From the NCBI GenBank assembly GCA_000708835.1, contig DF237173.1, forward strand, positions 1-64,000: DNA of 64,000 nt. The letters are read 5' to 3'. The position numbers were made by a program, and so were the translations under genes. The notes beneath the pieces are model-generated. The model ran no database searches, had not been told where the DNA came from, and saw only the letters and a program-made list of their open reading frames with translations. Positions 1-11,632 of the stretch are shown piece by piece; the first letter of the stretch is position 1; every line of letters starts with the position of its first letter. The DNA is from Klebsormidium nitens (Eukaryota; Plantae; Klebsormidiophyceae).

Positions 1-19
1 GCTTTTCTAGTTCAATACA

Positions 20-270
20 CATACCTGAGAAAAGATGCAATATTGTAATTGACTTTTTGGAGGAGAGAATATAACAGATTAGTAGTATAGAGTTTTCCCT
101 CTCGGATCCAATACCAATATGATGTATATAAGGCCATACCTGAAAAGATGCAGTTTTGGGGAAGAGGAAATTGTCCCTGAGTAACCTACTTAGGGAGTGC
201 CCGGTGACCGGGTTTGGACTGGTTGGGACCACTTGGGTCCGCACACTCCAGATTTCGACCCCTGGTGCAC
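20..270. repeat. Dispersed repeat; direct copy of 7883-8148
   Basis: 20-108 (catacctgagaaaagatgcaatattgtaattgactttttggaggagagaatataacagattagtagta...) is nearly identical to 7883-7971. The block gtaacctacttagg...gagtgcccggtga.cggg...tttcgacccc at about 181-262 recurs at about 8048-8138. Confidence 0.9.
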
Positions 271-907
271 GCGGCTATTGTTGGACCGCCGAGGGGGATC
301 GCCCGGCCTATCAGGTAATATTGCGCCAAGTCTAGTACGTGTGATGATGTTGCTGTTGTGATTGTTTTTCTTAAAGATCTTCTCACGGCTACTGCTTCCT
401 GTCGCATCATTGCAATTTGAGGTGCCGTGGCACTCAAGTCACGACATTGAATTGGGTGCAACGCCTCGTTTTTCCCAGATGTATCGTATTCTAGGGTGTG
501 ACATGGCAGCATCTTATCGGCCCAAATCTAACATGCACCAAACTTCATGCTTGCGTTGCTAAAGTGGAAGGGTGAACTTGGTACATGGCAGCAGCTGTGA
601 TGCACTAATTGACCGAACTTCGGTTCACTTGCAAAAGTGACCAAATTGCGATTGACTTGCAAACACTCGTGCAACAGGCATGCTCTTCTTGCACATCTCC
701 AAGTTGCAATGGTCGCCCTTCATTTGCATGCGCGGCATTTGTTTGCGTTTGGCAGTGTATGGTGTCGACTCCTTATTTGTGTCATCGTTTCAAACAATGC
801 AATATGTATGATAGCATTTGTATTACAAAGGTCACAAAATGGACTCATGTCACTCCACCAGGATGCTGGAACTGGTTCTAGCATATTAGAGTCAATCGAT
901 TGAATCC

Positions 908-955
908 GACAAGGACAAGGACAAGGACAAGGACAAGGACAAGGACAAGGACAAG
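908..955. repeat. (GACAAG)8 microsatellite
   Basis: Eight perfect hexamer copies read directly. Confidence 0.97.
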
Positions 956-3173
956 GAGAAGGGTTTTCTTGATTCAGTAAACATCCTCACTCCAACAATT
1001 TTCTAAGAGAAGAGATTGCATCTAATGATCTCAGGGCATCCGACTTGCTCGTTTGTCGGCCTAGGAAGCTCCACTTGGACCTGAAGCTGCTTCTCATGCG
1101 AGTTCTCAATTCCCGAGTCCCCTCAACCAAGGATGATCAAGGGCTTGTAGGGCACTCAGTTCTTTCCGTTTAAGGGCCCGAACAAACGCCTTGGACTCAC
1201 CGTGGTACGCTCCAAGCTGGCGTAGGATGGACTGCAGCAGCATGCCGATCTCAAACATATCGCTAGCCGCAGTGAATGTCCCGTTCTCGTCCAGAACCCC
1301 ATCCCTGCTGGCAAGCGCAAGACCACAATCTGGGGTCACTTCCGCCCCCTCTTCAGCGGCTCCCTCCAGATCTATTACCAGAAATGCCAAGTCCTCATCG
1401 TTCCCTCCAGAAGTCCCGACCTCCGTCCCCAAACTGTCTTCGTCGCTTGTGCACGGCCCCAAACACACAACATTCGGTAATCGAAAATCCCTGTGCACAA
1501 CGCCTTCCGCATGGAGCACCCGGGCTGTTTCACAGCATGCAAGGGCCAGTGCCCTTGCTTCCTGCAACCAGAATGCAGGGAACGGTGAACCTGGATGCTG
1601 AAAGGCCCAGAGAATGATGCCTCCTCTACAAGCAAGATACTGCAGAAACAGACAATTGCAGAAATGTCCGCTGTGCCTTCTTTCCCAGAACGTTAGTGTG
1701 GCCCTGCTGCACCTTTTGAACCATGCTGCCAAGTGCGCCGGAAGTTGGCACACTGAGCTGGGGAAGGCCGCATATTGCAGGTTGATCGACTGTGCAAATA
1801 ATGCAAGTTTGAGGAAACCCACTTTCGGCTTGTAACACTACTTCAGCAGCTCCCGATGCATATGCGCTCCAGAACATCAAGGCTTCTAAATGCTCATGTG
1901 GACTCGGACTCATACACAATCAAGCACTTGACAAACGGCCCCAGTGATCTTCACATGTTAACGCTTACAAACCTTCCTGTTCTAAACTTTTTTCACGAGT
2001 GCTGGACTTCAGCTCTCCATAATGATGAAGAACTCCTTTTCGACAGAAAGCTCCAGTATGTATTCGCACGGAATTTGCATCCCAGAGTTCCTTCCAAACA
2101 TTAGGCACCTGGTTGAGAAAGCGCTCTCAGAAGGGCTCAGGTACCAGTTACAGTGGGCGATGGAAACTCGAAAAGTGCTGGTGACAAAACTCTCGAAAGG
2201 AGGCTTTTCCATCTCTTTCAGGTATGCACAGGGCTAAAGGTCGTATCGAAGCACCAGGAAACGTTGCCTCGGTTTGCCCAAAAACCTACAGGATGTTCAA
2301 ACACGTAGTGATAATACTGCCTGATCAACCACAAAAGACTCACCCGCACAGTAGATGGTTCCTTGTAGTAGCCCAGGGGTGTCGTCTCCACAAGGTAGGT
2401 TTTTCGACGGCCTTCCAGCTGCGGGCCTGTCGTTGCACTTATCATGAAGGGCTGCCGGCCTTGAGCGGCCGCCTCCTTGGCCGCTGCTTTTGCTGCCGCA
2501 TATGCACGCTTGACAGCGTCAAAGCTGGTCTCGTAGTCCTTGCTGTACCTTTCGAAGTCTGGAATGCTTTTGCGCATGCCGTTATCCAAGATCAAAACTG
2601 TCCCGCCTGCCACGCATTAAAAACAAAGTTTCACATTCAAGTACTCTGGAGGATCCTGACCTTGGTCTGCTCCTCTTCAAGAAGACTCGCCTTATTTGGG
2701 AGGCACTCAACCTTAAGCTGCACTTGTACACAAAAAGTGCAAGTGACCCGCCCCGATAGGAGGGGGCTTGCAGATTGTAAAACAAGCTTTGAGAAAGCTC
2801 TGAAGCTCAAGCAGATGGTGGGAAACTGCAGATGCAGCAGATTGCCTACCTGAGTGGCGTTCCAACTTCTCAAACAATGGGAGTCTGCCCGACATCTGAG
2901 GCACAGTACGCGCCATCTGAACCACAAGCCTGTAGACGAAAACCATGTTCTGGAGCAGCGTGACGCGATCAACAAGCTTGCCTATGTCCAGTTCCTCACC
3001 GACCTCTTGCACCTGCACACGCGAGTGCAAAATTTTCAGCTTGCATGTTCAGAAGTGAGCTCAAGGATGGCCTAGCATCATTCCACCTGCTCTTCATTCC
3101 CTGCGTTATTCCAAACTCTGGCGATAAAGCCAACCACCTTTCAGCAGCAACCTTCCAGATAGACTTCCCAATG

Positions 3174-4863
3174 GAGCTGCGCCCCGTTAAACAGCAGACA
3201 TTGCTTTGTCAAACCAAGAGTTGTACGAGGGAGGTCAAAGAGGGGTACAGGTCCAATGAATCCATGACAACCAAAGGCAGCAACAACATCTCATCACAAG
3301 ACTGCTTGAATAGAGGTTACGTACGTCAGCCTCATCTGACCCCAGCCAAAACCATCTGAAGCGAGCTTCGGCAGCCGCATAGCCGATGATGAACGGGACG
3401 TCGCCATAATGCATCCTCGATAATTTTCTTTTCTTCCGCCGGAGGTCGCTGATGCCCTCCTCCAGCTTCCTCTTCTTGTCCTTTCCCATCAAGAATGTAC
3501 ATGAGTTCGCCATGCCTGGGGTGTCTGGCCTCTTGCCAACGGCAACTGCTCGACAGGAGGTGTCTGCTTCAGCGGCATTGAATGTCAATTTGCAATTCAG
3601 CCTGAGCCCGCTGAATTTATCGAGCAGATTGAAGACGGCTTGCAACGCTGGGCTTACAAACAACGTTACACTCATCTCTGTTGAAGCGCTCGACGGGCTT
3701 TCCAGGATGTAGTGACTCAGAAATGCTGGCAAATGGGAGCCATCGGTCGAGACCAAACACTGCTTGGCAAGTGTGGGGCTCTCTGCGCTGACTCTCTTGT
3801 AACACTGCGCAGTGACGGGCAGCTTGATGCTAGTAGAGCTTTTCAGAGAGGCATCCAATGCATTCCTGGATTGTGGAAGAGTAGGTGTGGGCTCTGTCAG
3901 CAGGTGCTGCTTCACATACTCGTCTGATCTGTCGTCGTCGGACCTATCCTTGGATAAGTCCACTGCACACAACAAAACACAACCTCTTTAGACTCTTTGC
4001 AACATAAGGGNNNNNNNNNNNNNNNNNNNNAGCTGCGCCCCGTCAAAAAGCAGACATTGCTTTGTCAAACCAAAAGTTGTACGAGGGAGGTCAAAGAGGG
4101 GTACAGGTCCAATGAATCCATGACAACCAAAGGCAGCAACAACATCTGATCACAAGACTGCTTGAATAGAGGTTACGTACGTCAGCCTCATCTGACCCCA
4201 GCCAAAACCATCTGAAGCGGGCTTCGGCGGCCGCATAGCCGATGATGAACGGGACGTCGCCATAATGCATCCTCGATAGTTTTCTTTTCTTCCGCCGGAG
4301 GTCGCCGATGCCCTCCTCCAGCTTCCTCTTCTTGTCCTCTCCCATCAAGAATGTACATGAGTTTGCCATGCCTAGGGTGTCTGGCCTCTTGCCAACGGCA
4401 ACTGCTCGACTGGAGGTGTCTGCTTCAGCGGCATTGAATGTCAACTTGCAATTCAGCCTGAGCCCACTGAATTTATCGAGCAGATTGAAGACGGCTTGCA
4501 ACGCTGGGCTTACAAACAACGTTACACTCATCTCTGTTGAAGCGCTCGACGGACTTTCCAGGATGTAGTGACTCAGAAATGCTGGCAAATGGGAGCCATC
4601 GGTCGAGACCAAACACTGCTTGGCAAGTGTGGGGCTCTCTGCGCTAACTCTTTTGTAACACTGCGCAGTGACGGGCAGCTTGATGCTAGCAGAGCTTTTC
4701 AGAGAGGCATCTAATGCATTCCTGGATTGTGGAAGAGTAGGTGTGGGCTCTGTCAGCAGGTGCTGCTTCACATACTCGTCTGATCTGTCGTCGTCGGACC
4801 TATTCTTGGATAAGTCCACTGCACACAACAAAACACAACCTCCTTAAACTCTTTGCAACATAA
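3174..4863. repeat. Tandem duplication, period about 856 bp (3174-4010 / 4031-4863), separated by 20 N
   Basis: ORFs 3235..3975 and 4091..4831 are both 246 aa and differ at 7 residues. Confidence 0.9.
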
Positions 4864-4866
4864 GGT

Positions 4867-6160
4867 GCTTGTTTCAAGAGGGTGCCACGTGTGGCATGCC
4901 TGCAAAGAGCAAAGATTGTAGGGGGGAAATGCCCTTTGACCTGCCTTAGGCTAAATTGACAGTGCGGTCAACATCTGCTGTGGTCTGCCTTGTTGAAGTG
5001 ATAAGCTACAACATGCGCAACAATAGCAAATGTTATAGCCTGTCATAATCTCTTTCCTTCCTATGGTTGCCTGAGCATCTGACACCAAGGATGGACATGA
5101 TGAGCAATGTGCTGACCAGAAAAAGATTTCCGCAAATCCTCCTGCCGAACAACTTACACACCATAGAAACAAACCGGGAAGCAGAGGAAAACACTCCAAA
5201 CAGGCCCCAACACACTGGAGGGTTGGTGTGGATCACTACTTGTCCCTTAAACCAGAGAGCTCCAGCACTCTGCCAGATTGCAGCATGCACAAATACTTTT
5301 GCGTAGGTTGATTGTCACATGAATGTTCTTATGAAGCGCAAAAACACTCTGCCTGGGATGGTGCGAACCACGGCCTGCTAGAAAGCTCCAGCACTCCACT
5401 CAATTGCAGGCATGCAAGAGAGCTATCGCACAGGTCTGACTTCTGTGAGAACTTCATCGCTTCAAGCATCCTAGTGCCATCTTCAACTCCCACGATTACN
5501 NNNNNNNNNNNNNNNNNNNTGCTTGTTTCAAGAGGGTGCCACGTGTGGCATGCCTGCAAAGAGCAAAGATTGTAGGGGCCCTTTGACCTGCCTTAGGCTA
5601 AATTGACAGTGCGGTCAACATCTGCTGTGGTCTGCCTTCTTGAAGTGATAAGCTACAACATGCGCAACAATAGCAAATGTTATAGCCTGTCATGATCTCT
5701 TTCCTTCCTATGGTTGTCTGAGCATCTGACACCAAGGAGTGGACATGATGAGCAATGTGCTGATCAGACAAACTTTTCCGCAAATCCTCCTGCCGAACAA
5801 CTTACACACCATAGAAACAAACCAAGAAGCAGAGGAAGACACTCCAAACAGACTCGAGAGTTCATGTGGTTGACGTCTACCGACAAGCAAAAAGCTCCAG
5901 CACTCTGCCAACTTGCAGGCAAAACACGAACGCTATTGCGCAAGTTTGACATCAGAAAGCTCGTCGTCCTGAAGAACGAGAAACCTCTGATTGGAATTGT
6001 GCAAATCACGACGTCTACCCCGAACCAGAAAGCTCCAGCACTCTGCTCAATCGCAGGCATGCTCAGAAGCTTATTACACAGGTCAGTGAGAATCTCGATG
6101 TATGCTGCCCCATTGCTTCAAGAATTCTTGTGCTACCTTCAACTCCCACAATTACAGCGA
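4867..6160. repeat. Tandem duplication, period about 650 bp (4867-5499 / 5520-6160), with internal agctccagcactc sub-repeats
   Basis: tgcttgtttcaagagggtgccacgtgtggcatgcc occurs at 4867 and 5520; cttcaactcccac.attac at about 5481 and 6138; agctccagcactc at about 5258, 5384, 5893 and 6032. There is a 20-N gap at 5500-5519. Confidence 0.85.
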
Positions 6161-7147
6161 GCGTCACACACAAGGGTGGTGGCTGGAGCCGCTCCTTTCT
6201 GACCCACACTGATGGAAACAAACCCTAACGAAGGTGCTCTGAGCAGACGCACCTGCCTGCGGCTTTGCACAATGTTTCAAGGCCTGTGCACAAGATAGTC
6301 AACATGCTTTGACAAGAAGAGAGACGCACCTGCGGATTGCAGCCGGGCCTTCTCATCCCGCAGCTGCTTCAATCTCCTTGTCCAGCAGCTTGTTCTTGTT
6401 CTCCCGCAGCTGCTGCAGCTCAGTGAACCACCGTTGCACAGCCTCCGTATTGCCAGCGTTCTCTGCAGCCTCGGCCTTTCCCTCTGCTTTCTCGATCTTA
6501 GGCTCAAGAGCTTCAATGGCTGCATTCACCCTGGCGATTTCCAACTCAACAGCCTCCACAGTACCCATGTTAGGGGTCTCTGAACTCCAGTAGGCTTCTT
6601 GAGCGAGGTAGCATCAGAGAAGGGACATTCGGCAAAGAGATAGGAAAGTGCTGTCCTGTCAAGAGAACTGATGCGCAAAAGAAACTCGCAGACGCAGAGA
6701 TTGCTTGCGCCTGAAGATGGTCCTCGAATGTCAGAAGACTCGTAGACAAGACAGGTGTTGGGACCCGTACTTAGCAGGACGACAGGAGAGACAGGGCAGA
6801 CAGTGGTTCCCGTGTCCGGTCCTCCGCCTTCATGCTCAAGCACTTCACCTCCAATCTGTCATTCACTGATTCAGACAGGACGGACCTCAATCTGACCCAT
6901 ATCATGTAGAATGTTCGAATCATTTACGAACAGAGCGAGTCGACAGGAGGACAGGAGGGACAGGTGAATCTTGTGTCCAAGTCCCCGCTTATGTTTGACC
7001 ATCCCACCCGATATATGGTGATTTTTGTGATTGACCGCATGAATCGACAGTAGGACAGGAAAAACGGTTTGGACAGGTGACCCTCTCGTCCTGGTCACGG
7101 CTTATACCTGCCAAACCGGACAATATTTGGCTGGCGAATCTTGGATA

Positions 7148-7320
7148 CACACCGCACCGCACCGATCGGTGCACACTGCACACGTGGCGCCAGTACGCAC
7201 AGCACCTCACCGCACCGCACTGCACCGCACCGCACCGATTGGTGCACATTGCACACGTGGCGCCGCTCGCACTGGTCGGCACCGCGGCTCACCGCACCGC
7301 ACCGAACCCACCCGAACCCC
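7148..7320. repeat. (CCGCA)n-rich block with an internal duplication; possible non-autonomous TE fragment
   Basis: accgcaccgcaccgat(c/t)ggtgcaca(c/t)tgcacacgtggcgcc occurs twice, with several further ccgca runs. No TIR or TSD was identified. Confidence 0.55.
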
Positions 7321-7586
7321 AACGCACAGTGCAACTTCGCTGCGGATAATGCGGCCGGCTTGGGCTGCAGTGTGCCGCACAATCCGGTAGTGCGCCGATG
7401 ACACCTAATGGCATCATATAGTCAATTTCTGCCAGATGCGCCCAAAGTCGCCACCGTCAGATCAATATAAAAGGCATTTCTGGGGGTTGTCGGCCCTCAT
7501 TTTCAAGAGTAGCACTTCCAAAATCCGGCAAGCACTTAGGGGGAAGGTGAGGGGCGACCTTGGTATAGGCGGGGCGCCCTCGCACC

Positions 7587-8050
7587 AATCTTGCCTCCAA
7601 AAAGGGACCTTACATACATACATATTAGCAAGCTCCCGAAGGGTTCCAAACTCTCGTACTACAATCTGTTATAGTTTTTTTTCTTCTCCGGGAAGGAATT
7701 CTGACAGATTAGCAGTACAGAGTTTTCCCTTCGGTTCTCATTTGGCGATATGTATCTATGTAAGGCCATACCTGAAAAAGATGCAATATTGTACTTGATC
7801 TTTTGGAGAAGAGAATATAACAGATTAGTAGTAGAGAGTTTTCCCTTCGGCTCTCATTTGGCGATATGTATATATGTAAGGCCATACCTGAGAAAAGATG
7901 CAATATTGTAATTGACTTTTTGGAGGAGAGAATATAACAGATTAGTAGTACAGAGTTTTCCTTCTCGGATCAAATTGCCAATATGTATGTAAGTAAGGCC
8001 ATACCCGCAAAAGCTGCAACATTGTACTTGTATTTTCGGAGGAGAAGGTA
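7587..8050. repeat. 116-117 bp tandem repeat (3 copies starting 7704, 7820, 7937) with an inverted copy at about 7608-7690
   Basis: Each unit starts acagattag.agta.agagttttcc. The reverse complement of 7608-7631 matches 7975-7998 at 22/24. The reverse complement of about 7636-7690 matches the unit start. Confidence 0.9.
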
Positions 8051-8473
8051 ACCTACTTAGGAGTACACTGGCATCGCTTCCGAGTGCCCGGTGATCGGGT
8101 TGGGACTACTTGGGCGCCGACTTCCAAGTTTCGACCCCGTTCCGGACACCTTCACTTTCTTGAGTCTAGGGGGGTACGACGTGGCGCGATGTGATTGGCC
8201 CAAATTTAACACCGAACTTCATTTGGTTTGCTGAGGGGGCGCTCAAGGGCTTGTGAAGCTGACCTGTCTCGTCGCAAGGCCTCTTGAGTCTCCACCGCTC
8301 GGCTTAGAATAGAAATATTGAAGGGATATACTGAAAACAAAATAATGAATATATCAGAATATTCCTTTCGCTGTGTCCTTCGGACTCCTTCCGACTCCTT
8401 CGTACCAAAATGGTGGCATTGCGCATTTGACCTCAAGTGCACTTTGCACAGCTTGGAAGCGCTCCGTGCAAGC

Positions 8474-11400
8474 ATGGCTGCCGGTGCGGTTGCTTGTGCT
8501 TGCCAAGCCCGCTTTGCAGCACTCCCACAGCTCCAGGTTCCCCTACAGCCAGCTCGAGTCCACAATCTGTCAGCACTTCTCACTCCCCTACGAAAACGTC
8601 TGCATGCAAAACTGTATAATCCCTCTTCGTTTCTGTTCGGTGACCAATTACTATCCCTCTCCTCCAGCACTGAAGCTCCTCTTCGAGCAGACATTGAGAA
8701 GGTTCCACCGAAGGGGAAAGGGATGCAGATTCCAAGACGGCAATTGGTTTTGGGAGGGACTGGAATCCTGATCGCCGCAGCGGCAGGAAATGCAGAGAAG
8801 CCAGCAGCTGCAGCGGCAGCAGCTAGTGCAGAGAGTCTAGTCCAGCCTCCCGCATCTGTCCTGGTTATAGGAGCTGGGGGTGCCACCGGGGGCAGAATTG
8901 TCAGGGAGTTGCTCAAGCGGGGCTACAAGGTGAAGGCGGGGGTGCGGGACGTTGAGAAGGGCAAGGTGGGGGAATGTGTTGACTAAACTTTGTGTGGTTT
9001 TACGCAAGTTTTCTGTCTGCAATCTGGTAATGAATACAAACGTGGGGAAAGCATCAATGCTTGGGGGGGCTGCATTATGCTTTTCCCAAGGAGCGTATAC
9101 ATGAAGAAATCCACATTCTTGCCTCCACTACAGATGCTTCACGGTCAAGCTTGGGGGGAACAGTGACATCATCTTCACCTTGAGAGCATGACGCCCCTCA
9201 AAAGTCTTGGGGGAACTGTTACTGCACTGTTGGGACGCTCAAGTCACTTTGTCAATTGTTGCAAGTATTGAATGGAGCAGGGCTGATAGTTCTCATGACT
9301 GCTTCGATGGAGTCACGGTGCTTCGCATTGACAGCCAGCTTACCCCCAGTCTCTACCTCGCAACTAAGCTGTCATCTGCCTTTCTTCCTGCCCAGGCCAA
9401 GCTTGGGGCTGCGGACGGTCTGTCCTTCGTAAAGACGGATGTCACAGAGCCGGAGTCTGTTATTGCGCAGGCGATTGGTGACGCTGAGGCTGTGATAGTC
9501 GCCACCGGAAAGGCCAGCCTGAATCCAGCCGATTCTTGGGCTGTAGACAATCTAGGTGAGAAGTATTGGAGCTGGAGTCGTCAGGTCACCAACAGCCGGT
9601 ATCTGAGTGGACGCATGAGTGCATTGCTTGGGCAAAAAGGTTGACTCATCAGAGTCTACAGCTCTACTCTTCGCAGTTGACTGCGCACGGTGAGCGTCGC
9701 TGGTCCTTTGGCAGGACCGGAGACAATAATGAGACAGCCCTTGAGTAAACCGCGGGGGGGGCGAGGTTTCTGAGAATGCGGGTATGGGACTTTAAATGAG
9801 CCTGCCAGTCAGACCATAAGATCGAGTGTTCGAAAAAGCTGGTGGTCTGCGACCAACTTGATGCATCAATGTAAGGGTGTTCCGAGTACCAGGACTGGGG
9901 GAGACAATCGAAAAGCTTCCTGCCGACTCGCTCGTTATGAAAGAGGTTTTCAAAAGCAGGACAGCTCCCCGAGGCCACCTCGAAGTTATGTCACACAAAT
10001 CATTCCCAATGATAACCCCGTATCAAGCAATGAAACATCGCTCGCGCCCATCCTTTCAACCCCAGCTCCGCATTAGAGGTCCTCACACTCTCTGAACAAC
10101 AGACCTTCTGGAACACAGACGAGCCATCGAATGTTGCAGAAATTGCGCCCCAGGCGAAACACGCGCTGAAGCTCGCTCCTTTTTGGATTCCAGGTACTCA
10201 GAAGGCCGTTGATGCCGCCAAGAAGAAGGGCGTCAAGAAGTTCGTGTTGGTCAGCTCTATTCTGACGAACGGCGCTGCGATTGGCCAGTTCTTCAACCCC
10301 GCGTACCTAGTTCTGAACATAATCGGAGGCGGCGTTCTGGTGAGTGGTGGCGCTCGACACAGTGACAGTTGCGATATCCAACGATTTCGTGTGTTGCGAG
10401 AAGCAGGGACGGCGTATAATTTTCTGACTGTCGATCAACCGTTTTCATTGATTTCGGATTCCATCGGTTCGTGGTGAGCTTGGTCTTCGGTCGTCTGTTT
10501 GACTCTCGAGAAGGAGCTGTTTCCCACACGGAAAAGTCAAAGGATTTCGAAGCGTCTCGAGTTTCAAGACCAAATATATGTCAGGCATCGACATTTGACA
10601 GTACACTATCGACCACCCGAGACCCTTTAACTCGGAGTCACTGACACGGAACATTCCCACAGTTTTCGCCAGTTACTGTACGCCTTTCCTCTTACAGCAT
10701 GCTATCAGGTTCGAGACGCCTTTCACTCAGCACCTCCTCTCTGCAGTAGTTCCTCGTCCCGCTGCTTAAGGACCTCGAGTAAACATGTTCTTACGCCCGA
10801 GACTGTGTGACCAACTTGAGCGACTGCTTCTCTCGTCTCTTCTGTAGTTCGCCAAGTTGAAAGCGGAAGAGCACATCAAGAAGGCGGGAGTTGACTACAC
10901 GGTTGTGCGGCCAGGCGGGTTGTCGAATGAGCCCCCCGCAGGTTCCGTTGTCATGGGGTCGGAAGACACCCTCTTCGGCGGACGGATCTCTAGAGACCTG
11001 GTAAGCACCACCTCTTCGCAAGCTGCTTCGAAACGCGGCAATGCTGCGAGCATTACTACCCTGATGCTTGTCCAAGAGAGTGTGGGGCTGGTTGCTGGAA
11101 TGCAAAGAAGGCACTCGTCGGATCTTTGAAGTTTGTGCCATGAGGCTGCCGCTTTGCTTTCCGGTCTTCAAAGCCTCACCAGAAACAAAAGCTCGATGAA
11201 GAACAAGGATGCTTACCCGGGCCACAATGCGTCAGGATGTCGACCATCGAAGAGAGGAAAAGTGCTTCACACAGAAGAAGCGAACCTGTGACTAGGAATC
11301 CTGACCAAGAAAACACGAAAAAGGTCTGCTGTTGCTCATTTTGTGCGTCACCCTGAATCTCATCTCAAGTGATCGTATCCCTACAATGTCAGCTTACTCT

Positions 11401-11632
11401 GATGCGGCCCGATGCGGCTTTGTCAAATGAAGCACAGGAGTTGATGTACTGCAGACCGTCTAGAAGCTAATCAAAAGGATTTTGCCGTTGCTTGCCGCAG
11501 GTTGCGTTGGTAGCAGTGGAAGCCCTTGTTTCAAAGAATGCATCCAAGAAGGTTGTTGAGGTGATTGAAAGCCCGGACGCCCCGTTGAAATCCTTCGAAG
11601 ACATGTTTGCTGCATGCAAGAACGCGAGTTGA
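8474..11632 (+). CDS. Plastid NAD(P)-binding Rossmann-fold (NAD_binding_10 / atypical SDR) protein, At2g34460-like
   Basis: Exons 8474-8965, 9396-9555, 10194-10339, 10848-11000, 11501-11632, all GT-AG and in frame. Motifs: GAGGATG nucleotide-binding loop, VLVSSILTNGAAIGQFFNPAY, YTVVRPGGL, ISRDLVA. N-terminus resembles a transit peptide. Confidence 0.9.

Larger units (their letters stand above)
1106..6568 (-). pseudogene. Crinkler-like coiled-coil header + PD-(D/E)xK REase-like domain + protein kinase-like domain; apparent frameshift in exon 1
   Basis: Manual exons: 6568-6330 (MGTVEAVELEIARVN...VQRWFTELQQLR...LRDEKARLQSA|gtgcgt); REase exon about 4818-4180 with a duplicate about 3962-3325 (KRPDT...FLMGEDK...YGDVPFIIGYAAAEARFRWF); about 3015-2850 (VQEVGEELDIGKLVDRV); about 2607-2344; 1561-1106 (VHRDFRLPNVV...VIDLE...SDMFEIG...ALQALDHPW). 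These motifs resemble Crinkler REase-kinase proteins. The frame shifts near 6370-6376, which could be a sequencing error. Confidence 0.7.

Noticed and set aside
610-665. 28-bp degenerate tandem with a small hairpin; possible Helitron end
   Set aside because: Only 21/28 identity, and no CTRR terminus at the expected distance.
5714-6202. 162-aa plus-strand ORF
   Set aside because: Lies in the duplicated intronic repeat of the Crinkler-like gene, starts at a non-ATG codon, and the paralogous block does not keep the frame.
7704-8050. CRISPR-like array
   Set aside because: The units are contiguous full-length tandem copies with no unique spacers, there are no cas genes, and the context is eukaryotic.
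20-8148. LTR retrotransposon defined by the direct repeats
   Set aside because: No gag, protease, RT or integrase motifs, no clear TG...CA ends or PBS, and the interior is an intron-containing gene.
9050-9230. Possible echoes (gcttggggg) of exon 2 in the Rossmann-fold gene intron
   Set aside because: The matches are short G-runs and cannot be told from chance by eye.
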